Source: Candidatus Nitrospinota bacterium M3_3B_026
Lineage (GTDB): Bacteria; Nitrospinota_A; UBA7883; JBPRGF01
Assembly (NCBI GenBank): GCA_051418015.1
Contig: JBPRGF010000023.1
Location: forward strand, 1-64,000
Reading direction: 5' to 3'
DNA length: 64,000 bases
Part shown: positions 46,396 through 55,888 of the stretch, piece by piece
Layout: each line of letters begins with the position of its first letter
How positions within the stretch are numbered: the first letter of the stretch is position 1
Position numbers and translations under genes: made by a program
The notes under the pieces: generated by a model
Told to the model about the DNA's origin: nothing
The model's input: only the letters and a program-made list of their open reading frames with translations
The model's database searches: none

Positions 46396-48141
46396 CTACC
46401 CCTCCATCGTCCCCGGCGCGGACGAGAGGCCGCGTGGCCACGAAAACTCCAGGGCGAACCCCCTGCCGAGGCCGGAGACGGCTTTTATGGAGCCGCCGTG
46501 CAGGCCGATTATCTTCCTGACCGTAGGCAGCCCCAGCCCCACACCCTTTTTCCTGTGGCCGCCCTGGTGATATTCCTCGAACAGGGATTCCAGCTGTTCC
46601 TCGGCCACCCCCTGTCCGTCGTCGCTGACGCGGAGGAAGACATCCTCCCCCTCCGCCCTGGCGTCTATGTCTATCCGTGAGCGGGCGTGCTTCAAGGCGT
46701 TGCCGACAAGGTTCAAAAACACCCTCTCAAGCTGCGCCCTGTCGAACCTCGCCAAGACGGAGCCGGGTACCTGCGCCCTGCCCCCGGAAAGATGGGCGCC
46801 GTTGACGAAAACGTCTATCCTCCTCATCGCAAGCTCCGGCAGGCTGGCCTGCACGGCGGACTCCACCACCTTCATGATGTCGCCCTCCTCGACGTTGAGA
46901 ACCAGCTTGCCGGATTTTATCTTGGCGTAGACGAGGATGTCCTCCACGAACCTTGCCGTGCGCTCCGTGGAGTTCGAAAGGTTGTCCACCATGGTGTAAA
47001 AACTCTCCGGGTCCGCCGTGGGGGAGACGCTTTTAAGGAGCCTCGCGTAGCCAGACACGGGGTTCAGAAGCGACAGCAGGTCATGGGTGAGGGAGAAGTA
47101 TAGAAGCTCCTTTTCCTCCTCCCGCGCCACCACCTCCTCGAAAAGCCGCGAGTTCTCCACCGCCACGGCGCACTGCCTGGCCACCGCCTCCAGAAGCTCG
47201 GCGGACCTTTCGCCGTACAGCCCCTTCTTCGTGTAGCTCTGGACGGAGACAACCCCCACCACCCTGTCCTGGTAGATCATCGGCGCCCCAAGCCACGACT
47301 TCGCCGGGCGGCCGCCGTGGCGGATGCCAAGCTTCTCGCACTCCTCCACGGTGTCGTATTTCATCAGGAGAGGCTTGCGGTTTTTCACCACCCAGCTGTT
47401 CATTCCGTCGGAGAGAGGATAGACCTCCGGGCGGTCCAGACCGGACCCGGCGGCGAAGTAGCTCGCCAGGAACGAAAGCTCCTTCCGCGCGTCGTCATAC
47501 ACCACGACGTTCACCTCGTCGGTCTCCATCACCGTCCCGAGCCTGGCGACGATCTCCCTGGTCATGTCCTTCAAGGTGAGCTTGGAGGCTATGAGCCTGC
47601 CCACGGTGTTCACCGTCTCCAGGTCCTGCGCGCGGGCCTCCACGGTCTTGTTCTCCAGTATCCTGGCCGCCGTCTCGCCTATGTTCGCGGCCATGGCTTC
47701 CACGATCAGAAGGCTTTCAGGGTCCGGCGGAGCGGCGTCCCCCACGGCGGCGAAAAAAATTCCCCCCGCCTCGCCGTCCACTATCACGGGCGCCGCCACG
47801 GCATGGCGGAAACCGGCCCCCGTACAGTGGGGAAGGCTCGTCTTTCCAGAAGCCGCCCTCCCCGGCGAGCCGCCGGCAAGCGCCGCGCCGCAGACGCATC
47901 CCGGCGCGGAAAGACCGGTGAAACAGAACCGCGCGCCTTCCTCCCGCGAGATATCAAGCCCCGCCCTGCCGGAGCGAAGGCCGATCCTTATCCCGCCTCC
48001 GGAAAAACCCGGAAGACCAAGGAACTCGCGCAACACTTCTCCGAGCGCGCCGGCGAACTCATTCTCGGAGCATGATTTGTTCAGCCGGGAGACGATCTTC
48101 CGGTATTGTTCGAATCCTGAAGGCGTCAAAGAAGATGTCAA
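46396..48141 (-). CDS. Cytoplasmic GAF-domain sensor histidine kinase
   Basis: No TM; SWLGAPM..QDRVVGVVSVQSY GAF; THDL H-box, NLVGNALKH, DDGQG, GVGLGL. Confidence 0.88.
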   Translation of the reverse strand: MTSSLTPSGFEQYRKIVSRLNKSCSENEFAGALGEVLREFLGLPGFSGGGIRIGLRSGRAGLDISREEGARFCFTGLSAPGCVCGAALAGGSPGRAASGKTSLPHCTGAGFRHAVAAPVIVDGEAGGIFFAAVGDAAPPDPESLLIVEAMAANIGETAARILENKTVEARAQDLETVNTVGRLIASKLTLKDMTREIVARLGTVMETDEVNVVVYDDARKELSFLASYFAAGSGLDRPEVYPLSDGMNSWVVKNRKPLLMKYDTVEECEKLGIRHGGRPAKSWLGAPMIYQDRVVGVVSVQSYTKKGLYGERSAELLEAVARQCAVAVENSRLFEEVVAREEEKELLYFSLTHDLLSLLNPVSGYARLLKSVSPTADPESFYTMVDNLSNSTERTARFVEDILVYAKIKSGKLVLNVEEGDIMKVVESAVQASLPELAMRRIDVFVNGAHLSGGRAQVPGSVLARFDRAQLERVFLNLVGNALKHARSRIDIDARAEGEDVFLRVSDDGQGVAEEQLESLFEEYHQGGHRKKGVGLGLPTVRKIIGLHGGSIKAVSGLGRGFALEFSWPRGLSSAPGTMEG

Positions 48142-48229
48142 AGCTTGCTTTCCCCGCTCCCGGCTGACCGCGCAAAATTCCCCGTTGTCTCTAAAACAAT
48201 TATAACCAAGACGGACGGTTTAAGCATCA

Positions 48230-48273
48230 TTGACGATTTTATATATTTATATGATAATTAGTTCATAAATATA
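48230..48273 (+). promoter_or_regulatory. sigma70 promoter overlapped by an AT-rich inverted repeat
   Basis: TTGACG (48230-35), 17 bp, GATAAT (48253-58); TATATTTAT-N14-ATAAATATA (48242-48273). Confidence 0.55.
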
Positions 48274-48321
48274 ACGAATAGGCCGTAAACGGCAAAAGCC
48301 GCGCGGAAGGGGAAGAAGAGC

Positions 48322-49425
48322 ATGAAATGCCCGTACTGCAATTACGTCAGCTTCGATTACATTAACACCTGCCGCAAGTGCTCCAGGGACCTGACCGCCC
48401 ACAAGTCCCAGTATGGAATAGATTTCCTGGAGCCGATATCGCTTGGCGCCCTGGCCGCGGCCGGCGGCGCGGCGGAGATGGCAGAGGAGGCGCCGGCCTC
48501 TTTCGACACCGGTGACTTCAGCTTTGATACGGAGACCTCCGAGGGCGTGGTGATCGGCGGGGAAGAAGAGGCAGCCGCCGAGGCGCCGCCGGAAAGCGAA
48601 GAGGGGTTCCAGCTCGACATAGGAGAATCACTCGAACAGGAACCCGGAGAAGCCGGGCCGGAGACAGGAGGCGAGACCGACGAGGACCTCCGCGCCGCCC
48701 TTGGAGAATCCACCGACGAGATATCGCTTCAGGATATCGATACGGGAGAGGGAATAGAGATATCGACCGAGCCGGAGGCTGAAGAGGAGAAATCCTCAGC
48801 CGAGCAGATAGAGGACCTCGCCTCCGACAGCGGGTTCTCGCTGAACCTGGGGGAGGATTTTTCTGAAGAAAGCGACCTTGCCATCGAGGAGCCCCCTCCC
48901 CTGCCGGAGCCTGGCGAAAGCGCCGTCGAGGAAGCTCCGCCCGGGCAGGAGGGCGTCAGCCTCGAGTCCGCCGATCTCGGCGAGATAGAGCTGACCGAGG
49001 AGCCAGCCCCGGCCGAACAGGGCGAGATCGAGATGGAAGAGCCCGCCGGCGGAATCGAGATGGAGAGCACCGGGCCGCAGGTGGAGGAAGAGCCCGGAGA
49101 GGTCACCATGGAAGAGCCGGGCGAAGAAGGCGCCCCCGAAATAACCTTCGAGCAGGAGGAGGAAAAAGAGACCGGCGGGGAAGTCTCGATCGAGCCGCCG
49201 CCGGAGGAGGACCTTGAGATATCCCTGGACCTCGAGGAAGAACCCGGAAAGGCCTCCGGGCAGGAAGGTGAGGAAGATTTCGCGGATATCGAGCTCGGCG
49301 CCGACGAGCAGGAGCTTTTCGAAGAGGAGGAGAAAAAGAAGGACACGGAGGACGAAGAGATCGACCTTGGCGACCTCGACCTCCAGATCGGCGATGAGGA
49401 CCTGGACGACCTCAAGTTCGACTGA
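48322..49425 (+). CDS. Zinc-ribbon N-terminus plus highly acidic low-complexity protein
   Basis: MKCPYC..VSFDY..TCRKC; remainder Glu/Asp-rich. Confidence 0.8.
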   Translation: MKCPYCNYVSFDYINTCRKCSRDLTAHKSQYGIDFLEPISLGALAAAGGAAEMAEEAPASFDTGDFSFDTETSEGVVIGGEEEAAAEAPPESEEGFQLDIGESLEQEPGEAGPETGGETDEDLRAALGESTDEISLQDIDTGEGIEISTEPEAEEEKSSAEQIEDLASDSGFSLNLGEDFSEESDLAIEEPPPLPEPGESAVEEAPPGQEGVSLESADLGEIELTEEPAPAEQGEIEMEEPAGGIEMESTGPQVEEEPGEVTMEEPGEEGAPEITFEQEEEKETGGEVSIEPPPEEDLEISLDLEEEPGKASGQEGEEDFADIELGADEQELFEEEEKKKDTEDEEIDLGDLDLQIGDEDLDDLKFD

Positions 49426-49435
49426 AGTTTTTGCG

Positions 49436-49954
49436 TTGAACGAGCCGCGCCAGGCCGCCCCGCCGGAAGACTCGGGGCGGCAGAGTCCCCCGCTTCCTCC
49501 GGAGAAGCCCCGGGCGGCCCCGCCATCCGCGAGGTACGCATCCTTCCCGAGGCGCTTCGCCGCCTACGCGCTGGACAACCTCTTTATCGCCGTTCTCACC
49601 TTTTTCATGACCGCGCTGGCCGCGAAGACGGCGGGCGGCTCGCCCGTCAGCGATATGGAGAGCGCGGCGCGCATGTTCTGGATGGTCTACGGCTTTTACA
49701 CCGCCGCCTCGGCTGGCTATTTCACCATCCTGATCGGCGGCGGGGGACAGACGGCGGGCAAGCGGCTCCTGAACATAAAAGTCGTCCGGCTGGACGGCTC
49801 CGGCGTCTCCTACGGGCGCGCCTTCGTCCGCATGATCGGATATTACATAAGCGCCATCTTCATCTACATCGGCTTTCTCATCGCCCTCATCGATCCGCGG
49901 AGCCAGACACTCCACGACAAGATCGCCCAGACGGTAGTAGTGGAAATGGACTGA
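49436..49954 (+). CDS. RDD family membrane protein
   Basis: YASFPRRFAAYALD, GQTAGKRLLNIKVV, QTLHDKIAQTVVV; start placed at TTG 49436. Confidence 0.9.
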   Translation: MNEPRQAAPPEDSGRQSPPLPPEKPRAAPPSARYASFPRRFAAYALDNLFIAVLTFFMTALAAKTAGGSPVSDMESAARMFWMVYGFYTAASAGYFTILIGGGGQTAGKRLLNIKVVRLDGSGVSYGRAFVRMIGYYISAIFIYIGFLIALIDPRSQTLHDKIAQTVVVEMD

Positions 49955-50070
49955 GCCCATCTGTATAATTGGCGGGTCGTCAAAATTCTTCAAGCCAGGC
50001 AGGCGGCGCGCGGAATTTCCCGGAAGTCTCAGAGACCCGCCCGCTTCGCCCAAGGAAGGAGATAACACAA

Positions 50071-51216
50071 GTGAAAAAACGCTATCTAATATCGCCCGGG
50101 CCCACACCCGTCCCGGAGGAGGTCCTCCTGGAGATGGCAAGGCCGATGATCCACCACAGGACGCCACAGTTCTCCGCCGTTTTCGCCGAGTGCGCCGAGG
50201 GGCTGAAAAAGCTCTTCAAGACCAGCCAGCCGGTCATGATGCTGGCATCCTCCGGCACCGGCGCCATGGAGGCCGCCGTCACGAACCTCTTCTCGCCCGG
50301 CGAGACGGTCCTGGCGATCAACGGCGGAAAGTTCGGCGAGCGCTGGGGCAGGATCGCCGAGGCCTACGGGCTGAGCGTCGAATGGCTCAACGTCGAATGG
50401 GGACGGGCCGTGGCCGTCGAGGAGATCGAGGCGGCCATCGAGAAAAACCCGAAGATAGCCGCCGTTCTCACCCAGGGGTCGGACACCTCCACGACGGTGG
50501 CCCACCCCGTGAAACAGATCGCGAAGGTCACGCGGAAGACGGACAGGCTGCTCATCGTAGATGGGATCACCGCCGTCGGCGTCGTGGACATGCCGATGGA
50601 CGAGTGGGGGATAGACGTTCTTCTCACGGGATCGCAGAAGGCGCTCATGCTCCCTCCCGGCCTGGCCTTCATCGCCCTGTCTGAAAAAGCCTGGAAGCGA
50701 AACGAGACCGCGAAGCTGCCGAGATTCTACTTCGACCTGGCCAAGGAGCGCAAAAACCTCGCCAAGGACACCTCCGCCTACACCCCCGCCGTGTCGCTCA
50801 TCCAGGGCCTGCGCAAGGTTCTGGAGATGATGTTCGACGAGGGGCTGGACAACGTCTACAAGCGCCACGACGCGCTGGCCTCCGCCGCCCGCGCCGGCGT
50901 CGCCGCGCTGGGCCTGAAGCCGCTCGCGCCGGACTCCCCGGCGAACTCGGCCACGGGCCTTTACGTCCCCGATGGCATGGACGGCGCGGCGCTGGTCAAG
51001 GACCTGAGGGACAACTACGGCGTCACCTTCGCCGGAGGACAAGACCACCTGAAGGGGAAAATCGTGAGGATAGCCCACCTGGGCTATTTCGACTCCTTCG
51101 ACATGATAGTAGCCCTCGGCGCGCTGGAGATGGCGCTTTCCAAGCACGGGGCCGATGTCAAGATGGGCGCGGGCGTGGCGGCGGCGCAGAAGGTCTTGAA
51201 CAAACGTTACAAATGA
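50071..51216 (+). CDS. Class V PLP aminotransferase (alanine-glyoxylate/serine-pyruvate type; likely phosphoserine aminotransferase role)
   Basis: PGPTPVP, SGTGAMEAA, GSQKALMLPPGL, RIAHLG; directly upstream of serA; GTG 50071 after AAGGAG. Confidence 0.92.
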   Translation: MKKRYLISPGPTPVPEEVLLEMARPMIHHRTPQFSAVFAECAEGLKKLFKTSQPVMMLASSGTGAMEAAVTNLFSPGETVLAINGGKFGERWGRIAEAYGLSVEWLNVEWGRAVAVEEIEAAIEKNPKIAAVLTQGSDTSTTVAHPVKQIAKVTRKTDRLLIVDGITAVGVVDMPMDEWGIDVLLTGSQKALMLPPGLAFIALSEKAWKRNETAKLPRFYFDLAKERKNLAKDTSAYTPAVSLIQGLRKVLEMMFDEGLDNVYKRHDALASAARAGVAALGLKPLAPDSPANSATGLYVPDGMDGAALVKDLRDNYGVTFAGGQDHLKGKIVRIAHLGYFDSFDMIVALGALEMALSKHGADVKMGAGVAAAQKVLNKRYK

Positions 51217-52814
51217 CTCAGGAGCAGCCGGTGGCTAAGATACTGGTAAGCGACAAACTCTCCGGGAAAGGAGTGGATATTCTCCGCGCCGCCGAAGATA
51301 TCGACGTGGAAGTGAAAACGGGCTTGTCTCCTGAAGAGCTATTAAAGGTCATACCCTCCTACGACGGCCTTATCATAAGATCGTCCACGAAGGCGTCCGC
51401 GGAGGTCATCCGCGCCGCGGAGAATCTGAGGATCATAGGCAGGGCCGGCATCGGCGTGGACAACGTGGACGTGGAGGAAGCCTCCGCCAGGGGCATAGTG
51501 GTGATGAACACCCCCGGCGGCAACACCGTCACCACCGCCGAGCACACGATATCCATGATGATGTCTCTGGCGAGGAAGATCCCGCAGGCCAGCGCCTCGG
51601 TGAAGGCGGGCAAGTGGGAAAAGAAAAAATTCGTCGGGATGGAGCTTGCCGGGAAGACCCTGGGGGTCGTGGGCATAGGCCGCATCGGCTCCCTCGTGGT
51701 GAAGCGCGCCCACGGACTGGAGATGAAAATAGTCGCCTACGACCCGTTCATAACAGCCGAGGCGGCGGAGAAAATGGGCGTGGAGCTTATGTCCCTGGAT
51801 GACGTCCTGGGGCGGGCGGACGTCATAACCATCCATACCCCCCTCACCGCCGAGACGCGGGGCCTGATCGGCCGGGAGGCTTTCGGTAAAATGAAAAAGG
51901 GCGCGCTGATCGTAAACTGCGCCCGGGGCGGGATATTGGACGAGGCGGCGCTGGCCGAGGCCGTCCGGGAAGGCGTGGTCGCTGGGGCGGCTCTGGATGT
52001 CTTCGAAAAAGAGCCGCCGGAGAAAAACCCCCTGCTGGAGCTGGACGAGGTCATACTCACGCCGCATCTCGGCGCCTCCACCAGCGAGGCGCAGGAGAAG
52101 GTCGCCGTGGCCGTCGCGGAGCAGATGGTGGACTTTTTCACCCACGGGGTGATCCAGAACGCCGTCAACGTCCCGTCCATAGATCCCGAAAAGCTCTCCA
52201 CCGTGAAGCCGTACCTGACCCTGGGCGAGCGCATGGGCTCCTTCCTCTCCCAGATCGCCGAAGGCGCGGCGCGAAGGGTGGAGATCATATACATGGGCGA
52301 CCTGTCGGAGACGGACACCCGCCCCATATCGCAGTCCATACTGAAAGGAATACTGGACGTCTTCGTGGACGAGAGGGTCAACTTCGTCAACGCGCCGTAC
52401 CTTGCGAAGGCGCGGGGGATAGAGGTCTCCTCCGGCGCAAGCTCCGTGAAAAGAAACTTCGCCTCCCTGCTAGGCGCCAGGCTGGTGACGGACAAGGGTG
52501 AGGCTTACGTGGAAGGGACCATATTCGCCGGCGGCGAACCCAGGCTTGTCAAGCTGGAGGATTTTCTGCTGGAGGCCCAGCTGGAGGGGGTCATGCTCGT
52601 ATTCACGAACAACGACAGGCCCGGCGTCATAGGCGACATCGGGACGTACCTCGGCGAGAAGGGGATCAACATAGCCTCCTTCGAACTGGCCAGGACAGGC
52701 CTGGGCGGGCGCGCCATGTCGATCGTGACCGTGGACACGGCCCCCACGCCGGAGCAGATGGCCGAAATGGCCGGGATAGAGAACGTGCTGAAGGTGAGGA
52801 TGGCGCGGCTATGA
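51213..52814 (+). CDS. serA: D-3-phosphoglycerate dehydrogenase
   Basis: RAGIGVDNVD, GIGRIG, NCARGG, TPHLGAST, C-terminal ACT domain (DRPGVIG). Confidence 0.97.
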   Translation: MTQEQPVAKILVSDKLSGKGVDILRAAEDIDVEVKTGLSPEELLKVIPSYDGLIIRSSTKASAEVIRAAENLRIIGRAGIGVDNVDVEEASARGIVVMNTPGGNTVTTAEHTISMMMSLARKIPQASASVKAGKWEKKKFVGMELAGKTLGVVGIGRIGSLVVKRAHGLEMKIVAYDPFITAEAAEKMGVELMSLDDVLGRADVITIHTPLTAETRGLIGREAFGKMKKGALIVNCARGGILDEAALAEAVREGVVAGAALDVFEKEPPEKNPLLELDEVILTPHLGASTSEAQEKVAVAVAEQMVDFFTHGVIQNAVNVPSIDPEKLSTVKPYLTLGERMGSFLSQIAEGAARRVEIIYMGDLSETDTRPISQSILKGILDVFVDERVNFVNAPYLAKARGIEVSSGASSVKRNFASLLGARLVTDKGEAYVEGTIFAGGEPRLVKLEDFLLEAQLEGVMLVFTNNDRPGVIGDIGTYLGEKGINIASFELARTGLGGRAMSIVTVDTAPTPEQMAEMAGIENVLKVRMARL

Positions 52815-52860
52815 CGGCCGTAGAGAGCTTCCCGCCTGGCCCCACGATGGCCCCACTACA

Positions 52861-54135
52861 TTGAAAAAATCCGCCATGACAGACGTCCCCAGGGGCGTGA
52901 AAGCCCTCCTTTACCAGGAAGCCGCGATCCTCGAACGCATCGAGGGGGAAGTACTGCGGCTTTTTGAGAGCTGGGGGTTCCAGAAGGTCAACACGCCGGC
53001 CATAGAGTTTTTCAGCGAGCTTTCCAAGGGCCTGGACGGGGACGCGCTGAAGGAGGTCATAACATTCACCGACCCCGCCGGCGGGGGCAGGCCCCTTGCG
53101 CTGCGTTCCGACGTCACGCCGCAGATAGCAAGGATCGCCGCCACGTCGCTCGCCAGGCGGCCGAGGCCCATCCGGCTCTGCTACGCGCAGACGGTCTACC
53201 GCTCCGTCCGTCCCGGCGCCGGGGAAAGGATGGAGCTTTACCAGGCCGGGGTGGAGCTTATCGGCTCCGCCTCGGTGGAGGCGGACGCGGAGATGGTGGC
53301 CATCGGCTCCGAGGCCCTGCGCCGCCTCGGATTGAAGGATGTCAGGATCGCCATAAGCCACGTCGGATACATAAAGGAGTTGATCGACGCCGCCGCTCTG
53401 GACACCGAAGACAGAGCCGCCGCGCGGCAGGCCCTCGTCCGCAAGGACGCCGCCAGGCTCTCCGCCGTCCTGGACAGGGCCGGCGCGGAAGGGCCCGCCC
53501 GGGAGGCGCTTGAGAAACTGCCATCGCTGTTCGGAGGTTTCGAGGTTCTCGACGCCGCCCCCTCCGTCAACAAAAGGACGGAGGAGAGCCTTTCGAACCT
53601 GCGCGGCGTCCTCTCCGTTCTGGAAAAGTACAACCTGTCGGGCGTAAGCACCCTCGACCTTGGCGAGACGCGGGGTTTTGGATACTATACCGGCGTGACC
53701 TTCGAAGGGTTCGTGAAGGGCGTGGGCAGGAGGGTCTTAAGCGGCGGCAGGTACGACAACCTCCTTGCGGCCTACGGCCAGCCCGGCCCCGCCACGGGCT
53801 TCGCCCTGGACGTGGACAGGATACTGGACCACTTCCACAGGGCCGGGGAGCCGGCGGACTGGTCGGCGGCGGACGCCCTTGTCATAGGGGCGAACGGCGG
53901 GTTCCTGGAGGCGGCGGGGCTGGCCCAGCGGCTGCGCGAAAAGGGGCTGAGAGCGGCCAGGGACATAATAATACGCCCCCTGGAGGAGTCCCTCGACTAC
54001 GCCCGCAAGATGAGAATAAGCTCCGTGGTCATAACGGGCCTGCCGGACGCGCCGGAGGGCTCCGTGAAGCTCGTCAGGGTCGAAACGGGAGAAGAGCTGT
54101 GGCTGAAAACCGAAGAGCTGATGGGCTCGATATGA
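52861..54135 (+). CDS. hisZ: ATP phosphoribosyltransferase regulatory subunit
   Basis: HisRS-like: LRSDVTPQIAR, QAGVELIG, YYTGVTF, GGRYDNL; located between serA and purA. Confidence 0.9.
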   Translation: MKKSAMTDVPRGVKALLYQEAAILERIEGEVLRLFESWGFQKVNTPAIEFFSELSKGLDGDALKEVITFTDPAGGGRPLALRSDVTPQIARIAATSLARRPRPIRLCYAQTVYRSVRPGAGERMELYQAGVELIGSASVEADAEMVAIGSEALRRLGLKDVRIAISHVGYIKELIDAAALDTEDRAAARQALVRKDAARLSAVLDRAGAEGPAREALEKLPSLFGGFEVLDAAPSVNKRTEESLSNLRGVLSVLEKYNLSGVSTLDLGETRGFGYYTGVTFEGFVKGVGRRVLSGGRYDNLLAAYGQPGPATGFALDVDRILDHFHRAGEPADWSAADALVIGANGGFLEAAGLAQRLREKGLRAARDIIIRPLEESLDYARKMRISSVVITGLPDAPEGSVKLVRVETGEELWLKTEELMGSI

Positions 54136-54172
54136 TCCACGCTACGACAAAAAAGAACAAGGGAAAAACAAA

Positions 54173-55453
54173 ATGCCTCTATCGGTAATAGTCGGCGCCC
54201 AGTGGGGAGACGAGGGCAAGGGCAAGATCGTCGACATGCTCACCGAGCGGGTGGACATAGTCGCCCGCTACCAGGGCGGAGCCAACGCCGGGCACACGGT
54301 GGTCGTGGACGGGGAGGAGTACATCCTGCACCTTGTGCCCTCGGGGATACTCCACGAGGGGAAGACCTGCGTCATCGGCGCGGGCGTGGTGGTGGACCCG
54401 GAGGCGCTGCTCTCCGAGATAGACCAGCTGGAAAAGCGGGGATTCTCCGTGAAGGGGTCGCTTTTTATCTCCGGACGGGCGGGCCTCATCATGCCATACC
54501 ACAAGCGGCTGGACGCCGCCGCGGAGAATATCTCCGGCGCGGGGAAAATAGGAACCACCGGCCGCGGCATCGGCCCGGCCTACGCCGACAAGGCGGCCAG
54601 GATCGGCCTGAGAGTGGGTGACCTTCTGCGGCCGGTCTATTTCCGCCAGCGGCTCCAGGCGGCGGTAAAGAGCAAGAATGCGCTGTTCAAGTCCATGTAC
54701 GGCGAGGAGGCCGTGGACGTCGACGAAATGTACGACCAGTACATGGTCTACGCCGAGAAGCTGCAGGACCTGGTCGCGGATACCGGCCAGATGCTCCGCC
54801 GCGCCCTGGCGGAGGGCAAAAAGGCTCTGGCCGAAGGAGCGCAAGGGACGATGCTGGACATCGACCAGGGAACGTATCCATACGTGACCAGCTCCTCGGC
54901 CTGCGTGGGGGGCGTCTTCACCGGCCTTTCCATCCCCCCGCGCGACATCAGCGAGGTGGTCGGCGTGATGAAGGCGTACACAACCCGCGTCGGCGAGGGG
55001 CCCTTCCCGACTGAGCTTGAGAACGAGGAGGGGGAGGCCCTCAGGAAAAGCGGGGGCGAGTTCGGCGCCACGACGGGCAGGCCGCGCCGCTGCGGATGGC
55101 TGGACGCCGTCGTGGGAAGGTACTCCGTGGCGCTCAACGGCGCAAGCTCCATAGCCCTGACCAAGCTGGACGTGCTGGACGGCTTCGACGAGATAAGGAT
55201 ATGCGTCGGGTACGAGATAAACGGCGGCAGGCTGGACCACATGCCGGAGGACATCGTCTCGCTCACGATGCTGAAACCGGTCTACGAGACGTTGCCGGGC
55301 TGGAAAAGCTCCACGGCGGGGCTATCCTCCTACGACAGCCTGCCGGAAAACGCCAAGCGCTACATCGCCAGGGTGGAGGAGCTTGTGGGGGCGACGGTGA
55401 GCATAATCTCCACCGGCCAGAGCCGCGACGCCACCATCGTCCGAGACCTCTAG
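54173..55453 (+). CDS. purA: Adenylosuccinate synthetase
   Basis: GAQWGDEGKGK, GGANAGHT, GTTGRGIGPAY, EGAQG, GATTGRPRRCGW. Confidence 0.98.
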   Translation: MPLSVIVGAQWGDEGKGKIVDMLTERVDIVARYQGGANAGHTVVVDGEEYILHLVPSGILHEGKTCVIGAGVVVDPEALLSEIDQLEKRGFSVKGSLFISGRAGLIMPYHKRLDAAAENISGAGKIGTTGRGIGPAYADKAARIGLRVGDLLRPVYFRQRLQAAVKSKNALFKSMYGEEAVDVDEMYDQYMVYAEKLQDLVADTGQMLRRALAEGKKALAEGAQGTMLDIDQGTYPYVTSSSACVGGVFTGLSIPPRDISEVVGVMKAYTTRVGEGPFPTELENEEGEALRKSGGEFGATTGRPRRCGWLDAVVGRYSVALNGASSIALTKLDVLDGFDEIRICVGYEINGGRLDHMPEDIVSLTMLKPVYETLPGWKSSTAGLSSYDSLPENAKRYIARVEELVGATVSIISTGQSRDATIVRDL

Positions 55454-55527
55454 CCACCCCTGATCCCCGGTTAACAGGTGGAGAACAAGTGAAACGCCGC
55501 GTTAATAGAGATTTTCGTGCTTTTACG

Positions 55528-55786
55528 TCCTCCCCCTTGAAGGGGGGGATCGAGGTGGGGGTCTAATATCTATAATACCCCCTCCCCTTAATCCCCTCCC
55601 GCCAGGGGAGGGGATATCCTTGTCATGCTGAACCTTGTGCTGAACTTGTTTTAGTATCGTTTCAGCATCCCGGGTCATGAGATGAGCGAGACCCTGAAAC
55701 AGGTTCAGGGCGCCAGCAAGGCCGTCGTGGGCGCCTTTGGGTTTCGGACCTCAACCTCAAAAACCCTCCCGCCGGGGGAGGAGGTT
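55528..55786. repeat. Cluster of REP/MITE-like palindromic elements
   Basis: TCCCCCTTGAAGGGGGGA...ACCCCCTCCCC...TCCCCTCCCGCCAGGGGAGGGGA unit; GTCATGCTGAAC...GTTTCAGCATC...GAGACCCTGAAACAGGTTCAGGG unit; second CCCTCCCGCCGGGGGAGG hairpin. Confidence 0.75.
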
Positions 55787-55888
55787 AAAGGATCTTAGCA
55801 GCGAATCGGCCTCTACCCCCCCCCACGCCGCCTGTCCGGGTCCTCCGTGGATGTTATAATTTTCAATTTGACGCTGGAGTCTTTGTTT

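Noticed and set aside
48281..48315. Possible c-di-GMP-I riboswitch (GGCAAA motif, small hairpin)
   Set aside because: Lacks the GNRA-capped stem and the GCAAAGC second-stem signature
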